This document shows positions 28,498 through 37,331 of a stretch of 64,000 bases of DNA, in pieces; position 1 is the first letter of the stretch; each line of letters starts with the position of its first letter. The translations under genes and the position numbers were made by a program. The stretch spans positions 3,065-67,064 of the forward strand of contig JBMYPG010000003.1 of assembly GCA_049600095.1 (NCBI GenBank). The letters run 5' to 3'. Under the pieces are notes generated by a model. The model had not been told where the DNA came from. It made no database searches and worked only from the letters and a program-made list of their open reading frames with translations. Source of the DNA: Pikeienuella sp. GTDB lineage: Bacteria > Pseudomonadota > Alphaproteobacteria > Rhodobacterales > Rhodobacteraceae.

Positions 28498-29531
28498 TGG
28501 CTCACGCGGCTGCACAATTGGATACGGCGGCAGTTGAAAAATATTTGACTGGCCGCCTGCCCGGCTTTCAGGGGCCGATTTCGGCTGAAAAAACACCAAC
28601 AGGCCAATCAAACCCTACGTTTTTGTTGGACAGTCCATCTGGCGGCTATGTGCTACGACGCAAACCGCCGGGCAAGCTGTTGAAATCAGCCCATGCAGTC
28701 GACCGTGAGTTTCGGATTATCAGCGCATTGGCAGGTTCAGATGTGCCTGTCCCACGGGCATTTCATCTTTGCGAAGATGAAAATGTCATTGGGTCGATGT
28801 TCTATGTCATGGAGAGAGTCGAAGGGCGTGTAATATTTGACCCAGCTTTGCCCGGCACCGACAATGACGCGCGGGCAGCCATGTATGATGATATGAATCG
28901 TTGTCTGGCTGCATTACATACTGTGGATATTGACGCAGTTGGACTGTCAGATTTTGGCCGGCCCGGTAGTTATTTCGCCCGACAGCTTTCACGCTGGACT
29001 AAACAGTATCGCGCCTCAGAAACTGAAACCATCGCTGAGATGGATGCGTTGATTGCGTGGTTAGAGGGGGAAACCCCTGCCGATGATGATCGCACAACGC
29101 TGGTTCACGGCGATTACCGCATTGATAACCTGATTTATGCGACCAAGGCTCCAAAAGTTTTGGCCGTGTTGGATTGGGAGCTTTCGACACTTGGCCACCC
29201 CATCGCGGACCTAGCTTATCAACGTATGCAAGGGCGTTTGCCGCCCGGTGAAGTTGGGCGTGGTCTGGCAGGCATTGATCGCAAGGCACTGGGTATCCCG
29301 TCAGAACGGGAGTACATCGAAATTTACATGCGCCGCACCGGGTTAACCGCCATTCCAGAGCTGCCTTTTGCGACCGCTTTCAGCTTTTTCCGTATTTGCG
29401 CGATTTTGCAGGGCGTGAAGAAACGCGGGCTGGATGGCAATGCCTCTAACCCCGCCGCTGCCGCGATGATGGGCGAGAAAATTCCGATAATGGCGCGCTT
29501 GGCCATGGATATGATTGAGAAAGAGGCATGA
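28497..29531 (+). CDS. APH-type phosphotransferase (ACAD10/11 kinase-domain-like)
   Basis: GQSNPT, LRRKPPG, SAHAVDRE, HGDYRIDN, LDWELSTLGHP. Confidence 0.94.
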   Translation: MAHAAAQLDTAAVEKYLTGRLPGFQGPISAEKTPTGQSNPTFLLDSPSGGYVLRRKPPGKLLKSAHAVDREFRIISALAGSDVPVPRAFHLCEDENVIGSMFYVMERVEGRVIFDPALPGTDNDARAAMYDDMNRCLAALHTVDIDAVGLSDFGRPGSYFARQLSRWTKQYRASETETIAEMDALIAWLEGETPADDDRTTLVHGDYRIDNLIYATKAPKVLAVLDWELSTLGHPIADLAYQRMQGRLPPGEVGRGLAGIDRKALGIPSEREYIEIYMRRTGLTAIPELPFATAFSFFRICAILQGVKKRGLDGNASNPAAAAMMGEKIPIMARLAMDMIEKEA

Positions 29532-30286
29532 TGCGCTACGAAGGTAAAACCGTTCTGCTAACCGGCGCTGCTGGTGGGTTTGGTCGGATGGCTGCAGAAA
29601 TGTTCGCGGCAGAGGGCGCAAAACTTGCGCTGGGCGATATTGATTTAGCTGGGGCCGAGGAAGTCGCGGAAAAGGTAGGCGGCCGCGCCATTCGCTGTGA
29701 TGTATCCGAAGAATCCGATGTCGAAGCGCTGGTCAATCTTGCAGTTGAAATGGGCGACGGGCGGTTCGATGTTGCATTGAATAACGCTGGCATCGGGCAT
29801 CCGTTGGGGTTCACTGCCCAAATCTCTCATGCAGATTTCATGAAACAGATGGCGGTGAATGCCGGGGGCTGCTTCCTCGGCATGCGTCATCAGTTGCCGG
29901 TGATGATGAAACAAGGTGGCGGTGCCATTTTGAATACAGCCTCAGTTGCTGGCCTTGTCGCCGCGCCATTGTCAGCGGCCTATGCCGCTTCCAAACATGC
30001 GGTGATTGGCCTGACAAAAACAGCGGCGGATGAATACGCCCGCTACAGAATTCGCGTAAATGCCCTCTGCCCCAGTTTCGCTGACACACCAATGGTGGAT
30101 GAGTTGCGGGCAGGCCTTGGCGGTGATGCTGCATCAATCGACCCGCAACTAACCAACCGCATCCCCATGCGCCGGGTGGCCGCACCAGAAGAGATCGTGC
30201 AAGCGATGCTCTGGATATGTTCCGATGAGAACAGCTTTATGACCGGACAAGCGCTGGCGCTGGATGGTGGTTTGACGGCGGTTTGA
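29528..30286 (+). CDS. SDR family oxidoreductase
   Basis: TGAAGGFG, NNAG, YAASK, LDGG. Confidence 0.93.
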   Translation: MMRYEGKTVLLTGAAGGFGRMAAEMFAAEGAKLALGDIDLAGAEEVAEKVGGRAIRCDVSEESDVEALVNLAVEMGDGRFDVALNNAGIGHPLGFTAQISHADFMKQMAVNAGGCFLGMRHQLPVMMKQGGGAILNTASVAGLVAAPLSAAYAASKHAVIGLTKTAADEYARYRIRVNALCPSFADTPMVDELRAGLGGDAASIDPQLTNRIPMRRVAAPEEIVQAMLWICSDENSFMTGQALALDGGLTAV

Positions 30287-30363
30287 CTCTCTTGGCAAGC
30301 AACAGTTGAACTCTTGCAGGGGCTGATTATGTCTCTACCAATACTATTGGCGGAGGCATTTTC

Positions 30364-31338
30364 GTGATTAGACGTACATTTATGATTGGCGCTGGCGTTA
30401 CCGCCGTGGGTGCGTTTGCTCTTGCGGCTTGCTCCGACAAAACTCGCCATGCCATTCCTGCCAATACTGCCGAAGCTGCGCACCCTCCGCTAGGACGGTT
30501 GATTGATATTGGCGGTATGAATGTCCATGCAACAGAAGAGGGCTCGGCAGATGCGCAACCTGTAGTTCTGATCCATGGAGCCAATGTAAATCTGCGGGAT
30601 TGGACATGGTCCCTATCGCGCAGGCTATCGAAATCCTACCGCGTTATCGCTATGGATCGCCCCGGTTTTGGATATTCGGATCGACCAAACGGCGATTGGA
30701 CCCCGGCCAAACAAGCCGCCGCCTTGCGTGCCGCCGCCCAAGAAATGGGCGCGGACCAACCGATTGTTGTGGGTCACAGCTGGGGAGCCTCTGTCGCGCT
30801 AGGTTGGGCAATCGATGCGCCTGACAGCCTTAGCGGTGTTGTTTCAGTATCGGGTGCGACGATGCCTTGGGGAACAGGCATAGACATACTGTCTCGGCTG
30901 GGGGTTAGCCGTGCAGGTGCAAATTGGTATACCTCGCGCTTGGCCCGGCAGGCAGAGGAAGGCGCAATTGAGGACTTCGTGACCCGCGCCTTTTATCCTC
31001 AGTCGCCGCCGCATGGTTACCTGAACTATGTCGGTGCGCCACTGTCACAACGCGCGATCACGATGAATGCCAATGCCGATGATTTGGCCACGATCCATCG
31101 TGCATTGTCTTTGCAATCACGCCGGTATAGCGAAATCAACGTGCCAGTCGAAATGGTTCATGGGCGGAATGATTGGTTGTTGGAGCCTGAGCGCCATGTC
31201 GATGGGTTTAGGGCAGTTGTCCCGCATGCAAATGCAATTGTAGCGGATAACGTCGGCCACATGGCCCATCATGCCCGCCCGACCTTGTTGGTCGATGCCG
31301 TAAACCGGATCGCTCGGGCAGCTACACAAACAGCTTAG
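30364..31338 (+). CDS. Alpha/beta hydrolase with Tat-lipoprotein-like signal
   Basis: IRRTF...LAAC; LIHGA, DRPGFGYS, GHSWG, GHM. Confidence 0.9.
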   Translation: MIRRTFMIGAGVTAVGAFALAACSDKTRHAIPANTAEAAHPPLGRLIDIGGMNVHATEEGSADAQPVVLIHGANVNLRDWTWSLSRRLSKSYRVIAMDRPGFGYSDRPNGDWTPAKQAAALRAAAQEMGADQPIVVGHSWGASVALGWAIDAPDSLSGVVSVSGATMPWGTGIDILSRLGVSRAGANWYTSRLARQAEEGAIEDFVTRAFYPQSPPHGYLNYVGAPLSQRAITMNANADDLATIHRALSLQSRRYSEINVPVEMVHGRNDWLLEPERHVDGFRAVVPHANAIVADNVGHMAHHARPTLLVDAVNRIARAATQTA

Positions 31339-31342
31339 GGCG

Positions 31343-32701
31343 TTACTCTTTGAACTTCGCCAGTTCACCTAGCGGCACAGGTTTATATGGTGCTCTCGCG
31401 ACAGATGGTCGAATGTCTGGGCGTGCGCGGCCGGTCTCATCTGAGATCAATGCTCCCACCACCGACGCACAAAACCGACCCTGACAGGGGCCCATGCCGG
31501 TGCGGGCGAAGGCTTTGATCTGTCGATGTCCGGCAACCTCTAATCGAGCAGCCTCTCTCACCTGCCCTGCCGTCACGCATTCGCAGCGGCACACGATGGT
31601 ATCATCCGGCGGCAGATCGACGGGCGGGTGAAACATTGCGTTCAGGAACGGGCGTGGGGCTTTCGCTTCCTCTAATGCCAATAACAATGGCGCAGCGGCA
31701 TCATCCCGTTTTTTCTTGTTGATCAGGTCGATGGAAACACAGGCCTGTAGAGCAGCGAGCCGCCCTTGTAGCGCAGCAGCTTCGGCACCATCGATACCGG
31801 CACCATCACCGACAGCCCAAAGGCCAAATTCGGTGGTCTCTCCCCAAACCGATACACGTGGGGTCCATGCACGATCCTGCGTGGACCAATGATGTTTGGC
31901 ACCAAAGGCGCGGGTCATCGTTGTTTCTGGGATAACCCCCTGATGGATGAATACATTCTCGCATTCGATCGATTGCCGTTTTCCCCGGTGATCAAAGGCA
32001 AAGCTTAGCCCACCAGCGGATTCGCGCGCTGCAAAATTTGATGCATCACGATAGCGGGGCACCCCTGCCTTTTTGATCACAGACAACATGCGCCGCCCAC
32101 GCGCCAACAGTTTGCGCCCTCGCCACGCGCCTTTCAGCGTCGACAGTGGCACGCGCCAGCCGGGGCTGGGCGTTTCGATCAAAGCCTTTGGCGGCGCGCC
32201 TGCCTTGATAAGCTGGCTGGCGAATAGATACAGCAGCGGTCCGGAGCCGGCCAAAACTGCACTGTCGGGCGTCAGGCCCGCTGATTTAAGCAGAATCTGC
32301 CCTGCGCCTGCATTCATGACCCCCGGCAAAGTCCAACCGGGGAATGGTGCGGGGCGTTCTTGCGCTCCGGTCGCGATGATGACCTTTTGCGCCGTCGCTT
32401 TTTCGCTGTATCCTTCAACGCTGAAATACAGCGAAAACCCCGGGTCGATGCGCCAGACCATCGCGCCTGCGCGATAATTGATTAGCGAGGCGCGAAACTC
32501 GCTGATCAGCGCCTTGCCGGTGCGCTCAATCTCGCTGGTTGCTTCTGCTGGCCCAGACAGACCCTGATAAACGCGACCACCCGGTGCGCCTTGTTCATCC
32601 AACACAATGACAGACGCGCCTAAAGAGGCTGCGGTCGCTGCTGCTGCCATGCCCGCCGGACCGGCACCAATAATGGCGATGTCGTATTGTTGCTCGCTCA
32701 C
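31343..32701 (-). CDS. FAD/NAD(P)-binding oxidoreductase with BFD-like [2Fe-2S] domain (HcnB/opine oxidase/D-hydroxyproline dehydrogenase alpha-like)
   Basis: GAGPAG, ATGAQERP.FPGWTLPGV, VCRCE, GMGPCQGRFC. Confidence 0.9.
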   Translation of the reverse strand: MSEQQYDIAIIGAGPAGMAAAATAASLGASVIVLDEQGAPGGRVYQGLSGPAEATSEIERTGKALISEFRASLINYRAGAMVWRIDPGFSLYFSVEGYSEKATAQKVIIATGAQERPAPFPGWTLPGVMNAGAGQILLKSAGLTPDSAVLAGSGPLLYLFASQLIKAGAPPKALIETPSPGWRVPLSTLKGAWRGRKLLARGRRMLSVIKKAGVPRYRDASNFAARESAGGLSFAFDHRGKRQSIECENVFIHQGVIPETTMTRAFGAKHHWSTQDRAWTPRVSVWGETTEFGLWAVGDGAGIDGAEAAALQGRLAALQACVSIDLINKKKRDDAAAPLLLALEEAKAPRPFLNAMFHPPVDLPPDDTIVCRCECVTAGQVREAARLEVAGHRQIKAFARTGMGPCQGRFCASVVGALISDETGRARPDIRPSVARAPYKPVPLGELAKFKE

Positions 32702-33027
32702 GATTGATCCTCCGCCGCTTTCCGCTGCCGGGTAACAATCATGCCTTCACGCGCTTGGGTAATGCAGGCGCGCTGACTAGGGCGACCGTCAATCTCTACC
32801 AAACATTCAAAACACAGACCCATCATGCAAAAGGGCGCGCGCGCTGTGTCATCAATTGCATTTTTGGTCCAAGCTGCACCGCTCGCCAACATTGCGGCGG
32901 CGACGGTATCGCCGGGGCGGGCAGAAATCTGGCCGCCGTCTAACGTCAGTTGCATTTCCGTGCCATCGTCAGCAATGCGGCCATCTCGGCGGAATTTCGG
33001 GTTGTCGTGATCGTCAAAAACACTCAT
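32698..33027 (-). CDS. [2Fe-2S]-binding protein (HcnA-like)
   Basis: GDTVAAAML, RAPFCMMGLCFECLVEIDG, RAC; start set to ATG 33027; overlaps the next gene. Confidence 0.88.
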   Translation of the reverse strand: MSVFDDHDNPKFRRDGRIADDGTEMQLTLDGGQISARPGDTVAAAMLASGAAWTKNAIDDTARAPFCMMGLCFECLVEIDGRPSQRACITQAREGMIVTRQRKAAEDQS

Positions 33028-33123
33028 GTCGCAAACAACGCATTTTAATAAAGCTCGGTCAATCACCGACATAGGGGACGTAAATGGAATGACCAATGTT
33101 TTATTCTGCGTCACACTCTCCTC

Positions 33124-34005
33124 ATGAATCCTAAAACCGCTATTACAGCAGCATTGATGATGGTCATCTGCTGCGCATTCATTGCCCTGTCGACCTTTTT
33201 TGCCAAGGTTTTGGGGCGGGGCGTCGATGGAACGCCAATGCATCCGTTCCAAATCTCATTCGGTCGATATGTTTTTGCATTGTCGGCCCTTTTCATCGTG
33301 TCTGCGGTAAAGCGCGTAAACTACTCGGATGCGCCCCTTCCCCTTTATATAGGGCGCGCAATCTGCGGGTGGGGCGGTGTGACATGTATGTTTGCCGCAG
33401 CGTCGGTAATTCCGCTGGCTGATGCCACTGCAATCAGCTTTCTGAACCCGGTATTCGCGATGTTTCTGGCGATTATTTTTCTAAAGGAAACTGTCGGCCC
33501 TATACGCTGGATTGCTGCCGCAATTGCCTTAACCGGGGGCGCAGTGCTGATCAGACCGGGCGGGGAAACGATGCGACCAGAAGCATTAATCGCGCTCTGC
33601 GCCGCCGGGTTCATGGCGACAGAGATTATTTTTGCGAAGTTGCTTGCACGTCGGGAACCGGTGCTGCGCATTCTTCTCATCACCAATATCATCGCAACAA
33701 CCCTGGCAACCATGGCGGCAATCTGGGTGTGGCGTGCGCCTTCGCTGTTAGAATGGGGCGTGATGGCAATTGTCGGATTGACGATGCTGATGGCCCAAAC
33801 CCTGTTCATGATCACCATACAGAAAACTGACGCCAGCTTTGCGACGCCGTTTTTCTACGCTACTTTGGTATTCGCCGCGCTTTATGATGCAATCTGGTTT
33901 GCCGAATATCCGGATGAGCTTTCAACTCTGGGTGCGGCTTTGATCGTCTTTGGTGCCATAATCCTTGCAATTCGAGAGGGGCGACGGCGATCATCGCCTC
34001 AATAA
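33124..34005 (+). CDS. DMT/EamA family transporter
   Basis: QISFGR, PLADATAISFLNP, LKETVG, IRPG. Confidence 0.9.
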   Translation: MNPKTAITAALMMVICCAFIALSTFFAKVLGRGVDGTPMHPFQISFGRYVFALSALFIVSAVKRVNYSDAPLPLYIGRAICGWGGVTCMFAAASVIPLADATAISFLNPVFAMFLAIIFLKETVGPIRWIAAAIALTGGAVLIRPGGETMRPEALIALCAAGFMATEIIFAKLLARREPVLRILLITNIIATTLATMAAIWVWRAPSLLEWGVMAIVGLTMLMAQTLFMITIQKTDASFATPFFYATLVFAALYDAIWFAEYPDELSTLGAALIVFGAIILAIREGRRRSSPQ

Positions 34006-34105
34006 CTGCCTTTGTTGCACAAATACCGGCACCAGAGGCTTCGCCCGCAGCGCGAAACCTGTTCTAATGCCCCTCAGGAACAAGAGCAGATTCGGAAGAG
34101 CCCAA

Positions 34106-36103
34106 ATGGCCGCCGCCAATACAGCAAAAGACCTGTTCGCAGGCGAAGACGCCGCTGCGAAAGCATATGACGCCTCAGCCATCGAAGTGCTGGAGGGGCT
34201 GGAACCTGTCCGCAAACGCCCCGGCATGTATATCGGCGGCACAGATGAGCGCGCGCTTCACCATCTGGTGGCCGAAGTTCTGGACAACTCAATGGATGAG
34301 GCTGTTGCAGGCCATGCCAGCCGCATTGAGATTGAACTGAATGCCGATGGATCATGCAAGGTAAGCGATAATGGTCGTGGCATTCCGATTGATCCGCACC
34401 CGCGTTTTCCCGGTAAATCAGCCCTAGAGGTTATTCTTACCACCCTACATGCGGGCGGTAAGTTCAGCGGCAAGGCCTATGAAACCTCTGGCGGTTTACA
34501 TGGTGTAGGTGTATCTGTCGTGAACGCGCTGTCCGACCAATTGTTGGTCGAAGTTGCCCGCGCCAAAACCCTGTACCGCCAAAGGTTCAGCCGTGGTTTG
34601 CCACAGGAGGAATTGGAAACCGTTGGCGCAGCACCAAACCGGCGCGGCACAAGTGTTACTTTCCACCCGGACCCGGAAATTTTTGGCGACAAGCTTCGCC
34701 TCAAACCTGCCCGGCTACACAAAATGGCGCGCTCCAAGGCGTATTTGTTCCGTGGCGTCGAAATTCGCTGGCGTTGCGCGCCCGAATTGATTGGTGAAAA
34801 GGACGAAACCCCGGCAGAGGATGTATTCCATTTCCCCGGCGGTCTCGCCGATTTCCTATCTGCAACGATGGCAGGCGTTTCTACTTTCACTGAAACGCCT
34901 TTTGCCGGCAAAGTCGAATTTGCTGAGAAATTTGGTGCTGGAACTGCTGGATCTGTTGAATGGGCGGTGACGTGGACACCAGTGCGTGACCCTTTCACCT
35001 CCAGCTATTGTAACACTGTCCCAACGCCAGAGGGCGGTACGCATGAGGCTGGTTTTCGTGCGGCATTAACCAAAGGTGCGAGAGCCTATGGCGAACTGAT
35101 TGGCAACAAAAAAGCTGCGCAGATCACCGGTGATGATGTGTTCTCTGGTGGTTGCGCCATGATCTCGGCTTTCATCCGAGAGCCGGATTTTGTGGGCCAG
35201 ACCAAAGACCGTCTTTCAACGACTGAGGCCCAGCGGCTGGTCGAGGGTGCCGTCCGCGACCATTGGGATAACTGGCTTGCAGCGGACCCAAAACGTGCTG
35301 GCGGTATCCTGGAGTTCTTCATCGAACGGGCCGAAGATCGCCTGCGTCGCCGTAAAGAAAAAGAAACTCAGCGAAAAACAGCAACCAAGAAATTGCGTTT
35401 GCCGGGTAAACTGGTCGATTGCTCCATCAATTCACGCGAAGGCACCGAGCTGTTTTTGGTGGAGGGCGACAGTGCTGGTGGTTCTGCCAAGATGGCACGG
35501 AACCGGAAAACGCAAGCATTGCTGCCATTGCGCGGTAAAATCCTGAACGTGCTGGGTGCCGCATCATCAAAACTTGGCCAGAACCAGGAGATCAGCGATC
35601 TCTGTCAGGCGCTCGGCGTTTCCATGGGATCGCGTTACAGCAACGATGACCTGCGCTATGACAAAGTGGTCATCATGACCGATGCTGATGTCGACGGCGC
35701 GCATATCGCGGCATTGCTAATGACGTTCTTTTTCACCCAAATGCCAAGCCTGATCGAAGGCGGTCACTTGTACCTTGCTTGCCCGCCGCTTTATCGGCTG
35801 ACACAAGGTGGAAAGTCGGTTTATGCGCGCGATGACGTGGACAAGGATAAGCTGATGGAAACAGCGTTCACAGGCCGGGGTCGCATTGATATCAGCCGTT
35901 TTAAGGGTTTGGGCGAAATGGATGCCAAAGACCTGAAAGACACAACAATGAACCCGGAATCCCGCACTTTGATCCGTGTTTCAATTGACGATGATGAACC
36001 GGGTGAGACCAAAGGGTTGGTTGAGCGGCTGATGGGCAAAAAGCCAGAGCTGCGGTTTGAATATATCCAGCAGAATGCACGTTTTGCTGAGTTGGATCTT
36101 TGA
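34106..36103 (+). CDS. parE: DNA topoisomerase IV subunit B
   Basis: LEGLEPVRKRPGMYIG, EVLDNSMDEA, VEGDSAGGSAK, MTDADVDG, LMGKKPELRF; lacks the GyrB insert. Confidence 0.95.
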   Translation: MAAANTAKDLFAGEDAAAKAYDASAIEVLEGLEPVRKRPGMYIGGTDERALHHLVAEVLDNSMDEAVAGHASRIEIELNADGSCKVSDNGRGIPIDPHPRFPGKSALEVILTTLHAGGKFSGKAYETSGGLHGVGVSVVNALSDQLLVEVARAKTLYRQRFSRGLPQEELETVGAAPNRRGTSVTFHPDPEIFGDKLRLKPARLHKMARSKAYLFRGVEIRWRCAPELIGEKDETPAEDVFHFPGGLADFLSATMAGVSTFTETPFAGKVEFAEKFGAGTAGSVEWAVTWTPVRDPFTSSYCNTVPTPEGGTHEAGFRAALTKGARAYGELIGNKKAAQITGDDVFSGGCAMISAFIREPDFVGQTKDRLSTTEAQRLVEGAVRDHWDNWLAADPKRAGGILEFFIERAEDRLRRRKEKETQRKTATKKLRLPGKLVDCSINSREGTELFLVEGDSAGGSAKMARNRKTQALLPLRGKILNVLGAASSKLGQNQEISDLCQALGVSMGSRYSNDDLRYDKVVIMTDADVDGAHIAALLMTFFFTQMPSLIEGGHLYLACPPLYRLTQGGKSVYARDDVDKDKLMETAFTGRGRIDISRFKGLGEMDAKDLKDTTMNPESRTLIRVSIDDDEPGETKGLVERLMGKKPELRFEYIQQNARFAELDL

Positions 36104-36225
36104 TTAAGTAGGCTACACATCGTGCCTGTGTATTTTTACACGTTATTGGCGCGTTTCAGGCTTGAATTTCAACGTTGAGACCGCCTTTCTGACTAATAAA
36201 AGTATTGCAAAAAGGATTTCACAAA

Positions 36226-36669
36226 ATGCGTATAATTGCTGGACTAGGCTTGGCGGCCATAACCGCCGTTTCAGGTTGCACCCCATCGGGCACACCTATT
36301 GCTGGTGAGAAAGTCAGTTCTGTCTATTCCACATACCGGATCAATTGGCGGGGCGAGAGCTCGCATATCGAGTTTCGTTACACCGTCAAAAATGTTGACG
36401 GAAAGGTTGCCGTTTGCGGTGCATATCGTGAGGCGGAGAATGGCAACGGAGAGCAAAGCTTTCTAACCGATCAGGTGGCGGAAAATGGTATCATCCGCAT
36501 TCGCGGCGAAAAAATCCTTCATGGCGTTCGATTCTTTTCAAGCCACGGGCCTGCCAAATCACTTTATGGCAAAGCTGCTAGCTGTGTTGTGACTGAAAAA
36601 CCCTGGCTGAATGGTTATAGTCGTAAGTCAGCAACAATGGTCGCTGGTAAAACCTCGTATGCTGGATAA
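36226..36669 (+). CDS. Hypothetical lipoprotein
   Basis: Lipobox AVSGC after a hydrophobic signal. Confidence 0.75.
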   Translation: MRIIAGLGLAAITAVSGCTPSGTPIAGEKVSSVYSTYRINWRGESSHIEFRYTVKNVDGKVAVCGAYREAENGNGEQSFLTDQVAENGIIRIRGEKILHGVRFFSSHGPAKSLYGKAASCVVTEKPWLNGYSRKSATMVAGKTSYAG

Positions 36670-36752
36670 GCAGGGCCTACTTCATTTTTGGACTAGGGCG
36701 CTCTGATATTTTGTTCGGCCTTCGGAACCGTGGGCTGTGAAGGGTGTTGAGC

Positions 36753-37316
36753 ATGATGATCCGTAAATTACTTACCACTGCCGTCATTGCTGTCTCTTTG
36801 ACGGGCTGTGCTGGCAGCGGGCTCGGCATTTATCCGCAGGTGATTTTGGACGACGTAAAATCGCCCTACTATCCCAACACGGTTGCAATGCTCGGTTCTA
36901 TCGGCGGGCCGACGTTCGTTTACGGTGCGCCCGCCAACAATGCTTTGCCCAACGAAATCATAGCGCCACTGCATTTACCGCGTTGGGTTGCAGATCAATC
37001 GCTGACCGTAGGTAACGCCGATGGCGATGCCTACGGTGGGTTGCATTTGGCATTGGTGTTTGCCCCCGAAACCACTACGCTTGCCAAAAACGTCTGTAAG
37101 GGAAACGCCAAGGGCGGCACCGCAGGGCCGGAATTGAGAGTTTTGGGTGTTTTTTGCCAAGGCCGCAAACCACTAAGCGAGGCCGTTGCGATTGCAAGAA
37201 GCTCACCCGTGCCCGGTGACCCCGATTATGCCAAGGCTCTAAATCAACTCATCAATGTTTTGATGCCCCATCGCGGTCCAGACGAAGAATCTGATCGCCC
37301 GCGACGATTGCCCTAA
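36753..37316 (+). CDS. Hypothetical lipoprotein
   Basis: Lipobox SLTGC. Confidence 0.75.
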   Translation: MMIRKLLTTAVIAVSLTGCAGSGLGIYPQVILDDVKSPYYPNTVAMLGSIGGPTFVYGAPANNALPNEIIAPLHLPRWVADQSLTVGNADGDAYGGLHLALVFAPETTTLAKNVCKGNAKGGTAGPELRVLGVFCQGRKPLSEAVAIARSSPVPGDPDYAKALNQLINVLMPHRGPDEESDRPRRLP

Positions 37317-37331
37317 ACTGATCTATGTGGG

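Noticed and set aside
27724-28611. 295-aa antisense ORF
   Set aside because: Shadow of the acyl-CoA dehydrogenase and kinase genes; no recognisable motifs
33028-33252. Cys/His-rich N-terminal extension of the 2Fe-2S protein
   Set aside because: Overlaps the divergent DMT gene in antisense; artefact of longest-ORF calling
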